Assembly: GCA_963693365.1 (NCBI GenBank)
Contig: CAVNZM010000016.1
Location: 6,555,029-6,619,028 of the forward strand
DNA length: 64,000 nt
Direction: 5' to 3'
Source: Amoebidium appalachense
Lineage: Eukaryota; Protista; Ichthyosporea
The position numbers and the translations under genes were made by a program. Of the stretch, positions 24,494 through 64,000 are shown piece after piece. How positions within the stretch are numbered: position 1 is the stretch's first letter; the number at the start of each line of letters is the position of its first letter. The notes below the pieces were generated by a model. It was not told the origin of the DNA. It made no database searches and saw nothing but the letters and a program-made list of their open reading frames with translations.

Positions 24494-26766
24494 GATGTTG
24501 GCTGTGGTTTAAGCCCTGGAAGGATCACGTCACAAAGTCAGTGCGTAATAAGGATGGAACCTCGTTAGCTCTTTCGCTCTTTCCTTTTCCTTCCTATCCA
24601 CCCTTTTACATGCCCTGCCTCACGCCCTACCCTCCTCACCACTACTATCATCATCTTTGCAAACCTAATCCTCCGCACCCCCGGCCCCTCCCCCAAGACA
24701 ATACAATGCAAGCATTCACTAAAGAAAATCAAGTTAAACCCAGCTACAAGTGGTTACAGCACATACGTAGTAGAAAAATCGTATGAACTGGCACAAAAAT
24801 TCATCACTGAAATTCACTTTCGCAGCCACCGCTTGCACATATCACGGCAGTTCAGTCTCAGCAGTGGCAACCTTGTCAAGAGCTACCCCAAAAAGAAACT
24901 AGCACACAAAACCAATAATCCTACCTTTATGGGCTCGCTCGTGGAAAAGTTGTCTGCAGAAAGAATCCGATTCTACCCTTCCTCGCAGTCCTACACACAG
25001 AAGGGGGCACCTACCCACACTCCTGCCAAGAGAAAACTAAACAAGAACCCCAAGCTGTTTTTCGTGTGACAGTAAGCTACAGACACGCATAGCAAATAAC
25101 CAGTCAGAGAAATAACTCCCTAAGTATATTGTACAACATGAACATCGTTTTGTTCACTCCGTTGCGAAGCTTGCAAACATGTGTTTCTCATGATCAGGTG
25201 CGTGTGAGCGGACTCAGCTGGACAGTGTGAAGTGTGTGCACTGTGTTTAGGTGGCGGAATATGATTCGCGAATAGTGCTCATTAAAACCATTTAAAAGAC
25301 ACCATTTGTAAACATATATGGCTAATGAGAAGTCCCCGGAATTTATAATATTTGAATCAAATTGCACACCAGAATGAGTGACTGAATAAAAATGAGAACG
25401 CTGAGCAAAAGAAACAAACGAGAATTACTGTTTTTTTGTTGAAGTAAAAACAATTTGGTACACTGTCACAAGCACTCCTGACACCGCACTATAAACTCTA
25501 AGTTCACCAAGTAAGTTCTAGTAACTCGTTGAGAGTCATGCATTGACTTTGGCGTTTTTTGGGTTGCACAACCGCACTGAAAGTTGCCACTTGCCAGCTG
25601 GCCAGCCCGTCCCGGACAGCCGGATGTCTTCGCAACAAAGCGAGGGTGGGAAACGAAAAGTGGGTTTTCATTCAGCCAAATAAGAAAATTTTTTTTTTTT
25701 TGGAAACTACTGTTTTTTCCTGCCAAGACGCAGCCAGCATACATATGCTCACCGAAAATAACGGGCCGGTCTCAGGCTGATCATGAAGTAGTTTTTCTAT
25801 TGGGTGACGATTTCGTATCTCAGCACAAAACGGCGGCCTGAAGTGTAGCCCCACCGCCGGGCGGCGCCGGCACCACCACAGCTCAGCCTCAGGCTTGCTG
25901 TATCACAGGCTGCAACTGGACTGTTTGCCACGCTCGTAACTTTCTCTGACAAGAAAATTTCACACATTTTGACTTCTTACTTTCTAGACCAACATTACAC
26001 CCACTATAGTAGTGATAAAATGAGGATTCTGGAGACGTGTGGGACTCGAGAAGCACCCCCCCAGCGGGGCGTTGTATCCGAAGGCTTTATATGTTTACAT
26101 TGCTATAAAGCGAGACTGCCTGCGAAATCTGACGTCACTATCATGACAAAGATGGCCGTACTGGCCAGGGTTCGACATTTGGGTTTCAAGTCGGGTATTT
26201 TTTGATGTTTTGTGACGTCATCCATTTTGGCCTCGCGAAAGGTGGGGTAATTCCAGGATATACGTACTTTGGATAGATCAGATAAACCTTTGTATACCTA
26301 TCCGCTAATATGTAAATATATCCTCTGGCGGGGAGCCCCTCGTGTGAGAAGCCAAAACACACTTGATACAGGTGCTTTTGAAACTCAGGGATTTTGTTTC
26401 ACTGAGCACGCATGTCACACTCGCCTACCCGCATCATTATAACCCGAGACAGCCAGTCTAACTTTCGTTTAGGTGTTATAATCGCCTGTTCATCTCAGGA
26501 TAGAGACATTGTGTTGCTGACTAACTTTAATGAATAGCCTGAGGCGTGCGCAGCGCGCCGCCCGCTGAAAAGCTTTGCTTAGTGTCACCACATTCGCACC
26601 TATTCCTGTGTGCTAAGTTCTCTCCGTGTCTCTAGCTTCAACGGTGGTCGTTTCTTAGATAAGTCTTTCTCCTGAGGATTTCCCTTACAGTCACTTCCTC
26701 TCTTGGGGCGCCCGCACACCCCCTTCTAGATATCTGAAGTCTCTCTCTCTTTCTCTCTCTCTCTCC

Positions 26767-26817
<51 letters not shown>

Positions 26818-27006
26818 TCTTTCTCTCTCTCTCTCTCTCGCCCCTTCTTCCCTCAGGCTTTCCAGACGGTCTCTCTCTCTTCACGTTCTTCCTCCTCTCC
26901 CTCTCTCTGTCTCTCTGTCTCTCTCTCACCGTCTCCCCCCCCCTTCCCCCCCCCCCCTCCCCCCCGCCCGAGTCTCTCTCTCAGGCAGTTTTCAATCACT
27001 CGCTCT

Positions 27007-27079
<73 letters not shown>

Positions 27080-27976
27080 TCTACTTTCTCTCTCTCCCTC
27101 TCTCCCCAAGAGTCTCTTTGTCTCTCTCTCTCCCCCTCTCTCACGGTGCTCTGAGACTCCCGGTCTCTCTTTCTCTCCGAAGCCTCCCCCTCCTCCCCCC
27201 ACCCCCACCCCCTCCCTCACTACCCTCCCAGCTCTCTCTCTGCCTGTCTCCTCCGCCTACAGGCAACTGGGCTTTCTTTCCAGTTCCAACGTAATATCCC
27301 TCTCGTTGTCCCCCCCCCCCCCCCCCCCCCCCCCTTCCCCCGGGCCGGGGGGTTAGAGACGGCTGCATTTTCCTCCACCACCTCCGCCACCTCCTTGGCA
27401 ACCGAAATATTAGCACCCGATTCCTGGCCCACAGACATTTCAGTGGTGACCGTACCAGACTGCTTGGCCTTCTTTGCCTTGACCACCGCAAGCGTCTTTA
27501 AGAAAATCGCCCAAGTTGAGTGTTTTAGGGCCAGGCTTCGACTGCTCCTTCCCATCTGAAAAGCGATGGTCAGGCTGCCGAGTGCTGGCAGCCACAGGGG
27601 CTACCCTAGGAAGCGCGTGTTTGCCCATGGAGAGAGTGACCTACAGCGAAAGGGCCCAAAAACAACACGGGTGAAAGCGTGACACGTGAGAACTTAAAAA
27701 AAAACCGGCTCTGAGTCACCTGACAACTGACTTGAAGGCTGTGTTTTGACTGAAGGGAGGGAGTTTTGCGCCAAAAAAAAAAAACGAAAGTAACCATCAG
27801 ACTGGTGTAAGGCCATGACATTGTAACCTTAAGATTATGTCAAAAGGTTCCCCAATTTTACCATTACGGTGGCCAAAATTCATTTTACTTGACTGCTGAG
27901 TGCTGGATAACCGAGCGAACTATCCCATGCATGAAAATAATAGCCTATCACCGAATTCCCACCCCAGCTGGTGCTT

Positions 27977-28040
<64 letters not shown>

Positions 28041-28526
28041 CTATATGTACACTCCACTATCCGGCCACGTACCCTACGCAGGAAGGGTAGTGTACCCCAG
28101 CCTCTTCCAGGCGGGGTATTTTTTTCTGGCAGTGGGGTATTTTTTAGGGTATTTTTGGGGTATTGTCTAACCCTGGTACTGGCTGCCGGGCCATGAAAGG
28201 AGCTTGATCAAAGACTGCAAGAGAAGGGCGTGTTTTATCAAGATTTGAACCAAACGAACAACCTTGTAATGAGAACAGTTAAGGGATCATTCACCCAGCT
28301 TCGCCTTATATTGCTGCTTACAAAGCTTCTTATGACCGCTATAGTGACAACAGTCTAGCCCCCTATGTAAAACATCAGTGGAGTAACAGAACGAAGTAGC
28401 TTACACGGTCGTTTTTGTGCTGTAGATGTCTGGATCAGCTGATTTGTTTCCTTATTCCCTACATCTCTAAGCTGTGTTTTATTGTTACCTAGAAGCAACA
28501 CCCTTTTGATCTATCAGTTCAACTGC

Positions 28527-34993
<6,467 letters not shown>

Positions 34994-35731
34994 GTATCGG
35001 CACATGTAACGGGGGGCATCGACACGTATGGACTTGAAAAACACGCACCACATTTGTGCAAAAGATGAAGAATTTCGAATGTATATTCACATGCGCAAAA
35101 GATCATTTATTTATATAGGCATGTTACACACAGGTGCAGCTTATACTTCCAAGTGCACATGTACAGGTTGTGTTATATGCTTGCCTTAGCTTACACAAAA
35201 AGGTACATGTCAATACACACACCAAAAAAACCCTGTTCGTCTTATAAATATGCGCACATGCAACACACTTCGAATACATGCTACACGCATGCACACAAAC
35301 TCATTTTACATAGTGCACATATACAGCCCAAGCACCTGTGCACACGCACAAATATCAAATTTACCACCTATGCAAAGACCCAAGAAACATGAAGTTTAGA
35401 CCTGCATTTATTAGGCACGATTGGAGTATAGGAATCGAACCTGTAAATGTGGGTCTGATCGTGACTGAAATAGTAGTTAGTCACGTCACTGATCATGAGT
35501 TCATGTTGCAGCAGTCTAAGTTGTGCTAGGCAGGGGACTTGTAGCATGAGGGGGGGGGGGGAGTTATTGTCAAATCAAAGCATACATGTTGTATGTGGTG
35601 TATTTTTTGGATAATGTTTAGATAACATGCTGCCAGCAGCAAGTGTATGTGGGGTGGCTTTCTGGAAAGGCCTACAACCAACATGAACAATACACGGTGA
35701 TGTCAATCACACGTGCAAGTAGCAGACAACT

Positions 35732-35776
<45 letters not shown>

Positions 35777-35793
35777 TTTCCCCTCCTCCCCCC

Positions 35794-35932
35794 ATTGCAA
35801 ATACTATGGATGATTTGGGTCCCCCCTGAGGATGGGCTCTGCTTCGCATGCATACTCTCGTGGTTTGCACTCTGCATTACAATGTTGTTCGTTACAAATG
35901 TCTACATACTTTGTACTCCATATAACATTCAA
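35794..35932 (+). mobile_element. (C)n-associated retroposon, 5'-truncated copy
   Basis: TACTATGGATGATTTGGGTCCCCCCTGAGGATGGGCTCTGCTT...CATTCAA-(C)n, with C tracts on both sides. Confidence 0.85.
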
Positions 35933-35936
35933 CCCC

Positions 35937-35967
<31 letters not shown>

Positions 35968-36134
35968 AAAAAAAAAAAAAAAAGGAAAAGAAAAGAAATA
36001 CCGGAACGAAAAGCGACAAAAGGCTAGACACGCAAAAACGTTGTTTGAGTGTAATTCAATGCCCATGCAATGTACCTTGTGTGTGGAAGCTTATATCGGT
36101 AGAACGCATGGGCACTGTCATGAAACAAGTTTTC

Positions 36135-36172
<38 letters not shown>

Positions 36173-36393
36173 AAGAGAAAGAAAAGAGTTCAAAATCTGC
36201 AACAAACTTTCATGCCTTTGTCTTGCTTCCTTAAGATTTAGGTAACAACCATTCGAAGTTTAGTATCCCACTATTCCAAACAATGCAAAGACAACCACTT
36301 ACATACAAGTGTGTTTACGTGGTGGGTGGGTGGGTGGGTGGGCAAGCGGAGAAGAAAAAAAGAAGGGGGGGGGGGGGGATCAAATGGGGAGAA

Positions 36394-58323
<21,930 letters not shown>

Positions 58324-59450
58324 CTTCGAAGTAATTAACGCCCTCTGCCGTGCACTATTTTAGAAGTGTAAGGGAGAAACTAGTGAGAAGTGAAAGCGAA
58401 AGGTCAGATTCAAGCTTCCCTAACCGCCTTAAAACGGTGAACAAAGGAGTGTACACCCGTAGAGAGCACGACTATAAATGTGAAGCTTGAATGTTTGGCT
58501 TTATGTTTACGCAAGCTACACGAATACAGCTTTTTGCCCAAGCGATGCTACTAATGAATCCGACTGGCGGTTCCGGGTCTGTGTCTGAAACACACACAAG
58601 CGAACTCGCACTGTGGCAATACAAGGAAGTCACACAAATATATCACGTGTAACTTACAGTCAGGCCATCATCCATCAGCATACCTTTCCTACAATCGCAA
58701 ATCGCTTGATAATGTGCGACAAATCGGTTAAATTGAGCTAGCAAAATCTCGATCAAATACCTGAATTTCATGTATTCGTTTAGGACACAACCTTCAGAGG
58801 ATCCAAAACCATGGCACAAACTCAGCAAAAAGCAGTACACAGTCACACAAACCTCTGCCACACTACAAAAACCTACCACATCTTTCATTGCCCGTTACTC
58901 CATGTACATCCCCTCCCCCTTCCCCCCCCCCCCCCCCCCCCCCCCGCCCTCCTCCTCCCCCCCCCTCCCCTCCCTCCCCTCACTTCGTCTGCCCACATGT
59001 GAAAACTTTTTGTCAAGAAGTCTCGCGAGTATTCCTGACCCATTCTTCGACATGTGCGCCCTGACAGTGCCCGTACAGTCCCTCGACATCTCTCACACAA
59101 CCCCCTGTCCTTTAAATCGTAGCTTGTATTTCCATCCGCCTCCTGCTGCTTACTGCATTCCTACTGCTCTTATTTCGCACGTTCCTTCTGGCTGGAAACT
59201 CATGTAGTTGCCTTTCCGGGTTTGACATGTGTGAGAAAGCACCTGACCACACGTTTAGCTGCAGTTACCTTGGAAGATTGCTCCATTAAAAGATGCTGTG
59301 TGGCTGTTTATTTCCTTTTGTTGTGGGGAAGCATGGTGGTTGAACGAAACGTTTCTCAATCTTCATTCGATGTCATTAGCCTCAAACTGCACGTGTGCGC
59401 ATGCACGACGACTAACTCATACGATTACCACAGCGAGGCTGTGATGACTT
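58324..59450. promoter_or_regulatory. Probable divergent promoter / 5' UTR region between UTP11 and the RRM gene
   Basis: Head-to-head gene arrangement and a microsatellite-poor stretch at 58330-58900. No start sites can be mapped from sequence alone. Confidence 0.35.
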
Positions 59451-59504
59451 TTGCAGGCTTCTCGAGCACGTTTTTTCTACACTTGGGCAAGGCCCTCTTT
59501 GATT

Positions 59505-59896
59505 ATGGAGCCTGACGTGTCTGCTCCCAAGGTTTGTCAACTCCCCCCGCCCCTCCCCCCCCTTCCCTCCCCCCCTCCCCCCGCCACACACACATACACA
59601 TACACGTACACATATACACGGACAGACGACACACACATACCCTGTTCCGCCTCTCCTTCCCCACTCTGGCCTCCCCAGGACCTTCACGCTAATGCAGCAT
59701 TGCTTCTCGATTTTCTTAAAATTGAAGTTTTGTATATTGCGCTTGTGGTTGTGTGTGTGCGTGGAGGGGGGGTGGGGGTGGGGGGGGGGGGGGGGGGGGG
59801 ATCGAAGTCGAAAGGGGGTAGGGGGGAGGGGGAGTGGAGGGGGAACCTTCACGTGGTGGTGTGTATTGTGTATGGGGAAGGGGAACGGAAGGAGGG

Positions 59897-59931
<35 letters not shown>

Positions 59932-62427
59932 CTCTCTGTCTGTGTCTTTGTTTGCGTCTGTGTTTGTGTTGAGAGGACACTTTTGTACCAAGTTGTCAGT
60001 CAAAGGTTATGCACTACCTTTTTCTTTGTAACACGTATCTTACATATCCGTTTTCCACAGGCCACGGAGCCTTCGGCAGAGCAAACATTGCACGAAACAA
60101 AGCAAGTGTCTGCTTTTACAGAAAAAGAAACGACCGGTGGACGAGTAAAGGAAAGAAAGGAAAGGGAGGAAGAAAGGAAAGGAAAAGAAAACGGTGATCG
60201 ACAGAGAGAGGAGAGGAGGGATTCTCGGGGGAGGGATGGTGATAGGGACAGAGCAAGAAAGGATAAGGGGAGGGATTCGAAGTCGGAGAAGGAGAGGGAG
60301 AGAGAAAAAGAAAGAAATAGAGAGAAGGAGAGGGAGCGAGAGAGGGACAGAGAGAGAGACAGTCATAGGGAGAAGGAGAGGGAGAAGAGGAGGGGAGATT
60401 CAAAAGACGAGCGCGAGCGAAAACGAAGCAAGACGGATGTGGAAAAACGGTGGAAGAGTGATGATAGGAGGAAGGAGAGAAGGGATTCTGAAAAACGAGA
60501 CAGAAGGGATGGGGACGATAAGAAGAGAGAGAAAGAGAGGGAGAAGGAAAGGGGGGATAAAGAGGTTGAAAGAAGAGAGAAACCTGATGTTGTTGTAAAC
60601 GGGACGGAGGACCGAGATAGAGATATACCTATAGATGTAAAGATGAAAACGGAGGAGAAAGAGAGTGTGAAAGAGGAACATGTTACCAAGGAAATGATAG
60701 ATTATCTTCTCTCCCTTCCGCCGGAAACGCTTACTCCATATCAGGTGGATCTGCTGTTGCAACATATGGAGAGCGGGGGAAAGAGAGAGAGTTTTGATGA
60801 GAAAAAGGAGGGTGGTGAAACTGAAACCGTGGAAACAGAAACGAAAGAAACGAAACAAGAGGCAGGGGAGGGTGAGGGACTGGTAAACCGGGAGGTGGAG
60901 GGACTGGTAAACCAGGAGGTGGGAGAGGGGGAGGATGGAAAAGAGACGAAGGAAAAGGAAGGTGGTATCGACGCAAAGAAGGAAACTGATGAAAGGAAGG
61001 ACAATGACAGAGGCAAGAGCTCAGGAAAGGACAGGGAGAGGGAGAAAGAACGAGAAACGGAGCGAGAGAGAAGGGAGAGGGAGAGACAGGGACATACACA
61101 GGGGAGGAGACAAGCGACGGGAGCGTAGTGAGGAGAGAGGGAGGGACCACCGCCGGGCGGAGAGAGAGAGAGACATCGACTATGAACGGGCTCGGTTGGG
61201 CTCCAACTATCGTGACGTCAGAGATAGGGACCTTCTTCCTATTGGCTCCTCTTCTCTTCTTTCGGACCGCCTCGTTTCTGATTCGCAGATGCTGTCACGT
61301 GATTTGGTACTTGGAGCGTCCCGGCGGCTGTCCCCCTTAACTGAGCGGTTGATTGAGCGTGAGAGGGCTGCCCTTCTGCTGAATGATCCCTTAAGGGGCG
61401 ATCCGCTATTGGCTGGTCGGGGCGGTTCCCGCGAAGATGATTGGCTGAGGGAGCGACTGCTGCTCGAGGAGGAGCTGCTGCGACGGTCCACTTTCGGGTC
61501 GGGCCTGGGTGCTGACCCGTTGAGATACGGGTCGCTTGGCTCGGACATCCTGCGCGTGCTGGCCCGCGAGAGGGACTCCTTGGCATCTGACCCGTTGGCC
61601 CGTGACCCGCTCTGGCGAGACCGTGACCCTCTGGGGCGAGACCTTCCGTCGTCTTCTGGAAGGTATGTCGACATGGACACACGCAGGGGCCTGTCCTTTG
61701 GCCTGCGCTCGCCGCGCATGTATGACGACAGAGGCAGGGAGAGAGCTGATGCTATTTTTGGCTACGATGACGTCACAGAGAGATCCAGGGCCGACTATGA
61801 TGCGATTCTGCGGCGGCGGCGGCTGGAGGTAGAGGAGGAGTTGATGAGGCGGGCCAGGGAGGATTCTTTGGCACGTGACCCGCGGGATTATATCGATGCA
61901 CGTGATCGTGGGCGTGACCCGCGAGACCTGCGGGATGCACGTGATGTGGTGCGTGACTTGCGGGATGTGCGGGATCCGCGAGATGTGCGGGATGCACGTG
62001 ATTTGGTGCGTGATACGCGAGATGTGCGGGACCCACGTGATCTGCGAGATGCACGTGACCCACGAGATCTGCGGGATGCACGTGATTTGGTACGTGACCC
62101 ACGGGATGTGCGAGATGTGCGGGATGCACGTGACTATGACCCGCTGGGTGACACGTGGGAGGAACAAATCATGCAGAGACGTGCAGAGATGGCGAGGGAG
62201 GGCCGGAGCATGGGTGGGGATAATGCCAAGTTAAAGAAGATCGGCGATTGGCTGGGGGTAGATCCGGTTGCTGATCCGGAAAAGTATGAGATTGCCATTT
62301 CAAAGCGCACGATTTATGTTGGCAACCTGCCCGTTACGTACAACCCAGACAAGGACCGGGATGCCATCTGCCGGACGTTTGAGCAATTTGGCGATGTGAT
62401 GGATGTGCGCGATCGCCATGGAAGCAG
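59505..62427 (+). CDS. RD/RE-rich RRM-domain RNA-binding protein (continues beyond 62427)
   Basis: Putative first exon 59505-59531 (MEPDVSAPK|GT). Large exon 60061-62427 with charged repeats, an RD(P/V/A/L) tripeptide array and RNP2 (KRTIYVGNLP...FEQFGDVMDV). One frameshift near 61050-61090 in a GA-rich run. Confidence 0.7.
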
Positions 62428-62437
62428 GTAGAGTTTA

Positions 62438-62469
<32 letters not shown>

Positions 62470-62828
62470 CCGCCCGCCCGGCCACCCGGCCCCTTCCCCA
62501 CCTTTCCGGCAAATAGAAGGAAGGAAGAAAGAAGGGCAAAGAAGATAAAGGGATGGGGAATGGGGATGGGAATAAAGAACGAGACAGAAGGAAGGAAAGA
62601 AGTCAGACGGACACCAAAGCAAAAAAACACACACACATGTGCGCGTGCGGGCATGCCAGTTCGGACAGATGCACGTCTTGGGTTCGAACCCCCCCTAAAA
62701 GCCTCCCCCCCAAGACCTCCCCCCTCCCCCCTTTTCCTACCCCCCTCACCCATCCATGATATCTCGAACTACTTCTACATGATTTTGTCCGTTGTAAAAA
62801 CGAAATGCGTGCTGGGTAATGCACTTAG

Positions 62829-62880
<52 letters not shown>

Positions 62881-63151
62881 CCTCCCACACACCCGTCCGA
62901 CACACCCACCCGTCGCCCCCCTCATTTCCATCCGTGCAGAAGCTACGAGAGGCGACACACACACATACCCGCTCTTGCTTTCATTGTCTCTGCCGTTTTT
63001 AATCTAGCACACTTGCCTTTCAGAGCTCACGTGCACGTATACTGCATACACACACACTCACTCACTCACTCACTCACTCACTCACTCACTCACTCACTCA
63101 CTATCACACACACACATACACACACACTCGACACACACACTCACGCTCGAC

Positions 63152-63201
<50 letters not shown>

Positions 63202-63581
63202 TCCTCTTTTTGACATTCCGTGAGCCCTCGCAAGCCAGCCGTGCACTTGATTTGTGCAAGCAAGGCCTGCAGTTTAATGGGAGTCTGCTGCTAATCCGCA
63301 CAGCTCACACGGGATCTCAGAGCAAAGCACGGCGCAAGTAACTTCAAAATGACTGAATTTACTGGTGGGTGATATGTTAATGTGTTTTTTTCTTTTGCTA
63401 ACTGAAGCATTTTTTGTTGTGTGGGCGTTGTGTATGTTGTGATGGGGTTGGGGTGAGGGGGAGGTGGGTGGCTGGGTGGCTGAGTGGGTGAGTGTGGATG
63501 GGGGTCGGGTGGGTGGGTGAGTGTGGATGGGGGTCGGGTGGGTGGGTGAGTGGGTATGGGTGGGGGCGTGGGTGGGTGGGG

Positions 63582-63618
<37 letters not shown>

Positions 63619-64000
63619 ATTTTTATCATATTTTCTGAAATAGTCTGTTTCTGTTTGCCACATGCATAGAAAATGTCGGCTTGCTACAGCCAGTAGTCCT
63701 GATGTCTCTGACAGATATTTGCTGGTGGGCGATCTGTGGATGTGTTCATTCCTTCACGCTCTGCCGTGTTTTGTGTTGTGTGGGCTTTGTTGAATTTGTG
63801 GGGCTTGGGGCGGGGGAATGAGGATTGGTGGTGGGTGGGTATGGGGAGAATGGGGGGGGGGGGGGATGTGTGTGAGTGAGTGGGCGGGTAGGTGGGGGGG
63901 GGTGTTCCCAATTGTGTGTGTGAGTGTGTTTTCCGGGAGGTTGGAGGGGAATGTATGTGTGTGTGTTTTGGGGGGAGGGGGGGGGGGGGGGGGGGGGGGT

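Noticed and set aside
26046-26342. Possible TIR element (CGAGAAGCACCCCCCAG / CTGGCGGGAGCCCCTCG)
   Set aside because: Too degenerate and no identifiable TSD.

Overview
Eukaryotic, intron-rich genomic DNA saturated with (G)n/(C)n, (CA)n and (GA)n tracts. The gene content suggests an opisthokont, possibly a unicellular holozoan (inference only). Supported features: (1) an apparently intact 5.5-kb P-superfamily DNA transposon (934-6399) with 34-bp TIRs, a 7-bp TSD and a 3-exon THAP-transposase; (2) a 5'-truncated non-LTR reverse transcriptase (8145-10163); (3) host genes: SPT2-like (minus), RNF34/RFFL-like FYVE-RING ligase (plus), UTP11 (minus, 9 exons, 252 aa) and an RD-repeat RRM protein (plus, runs off the window); (4) a 14-kb array of ~87-bp repeats inside UTP11 intron 4. 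The most notable signal is a dispersed family of 5'-truncated, 3'-coterminal retroposon copies (about 10 clear, a few more weak) that end against (C)n tracts. The longest copies share a covarying, pseudoknotted RNA structure containing all three hammerhead core strands (GUU, GAAA, CUGAGGA) in a non-circularly permuted order. The 14-kb satellite unit looks like the amplified 3' tip of this family. Most ORFs in the supplied track are microsatellite artefacts.
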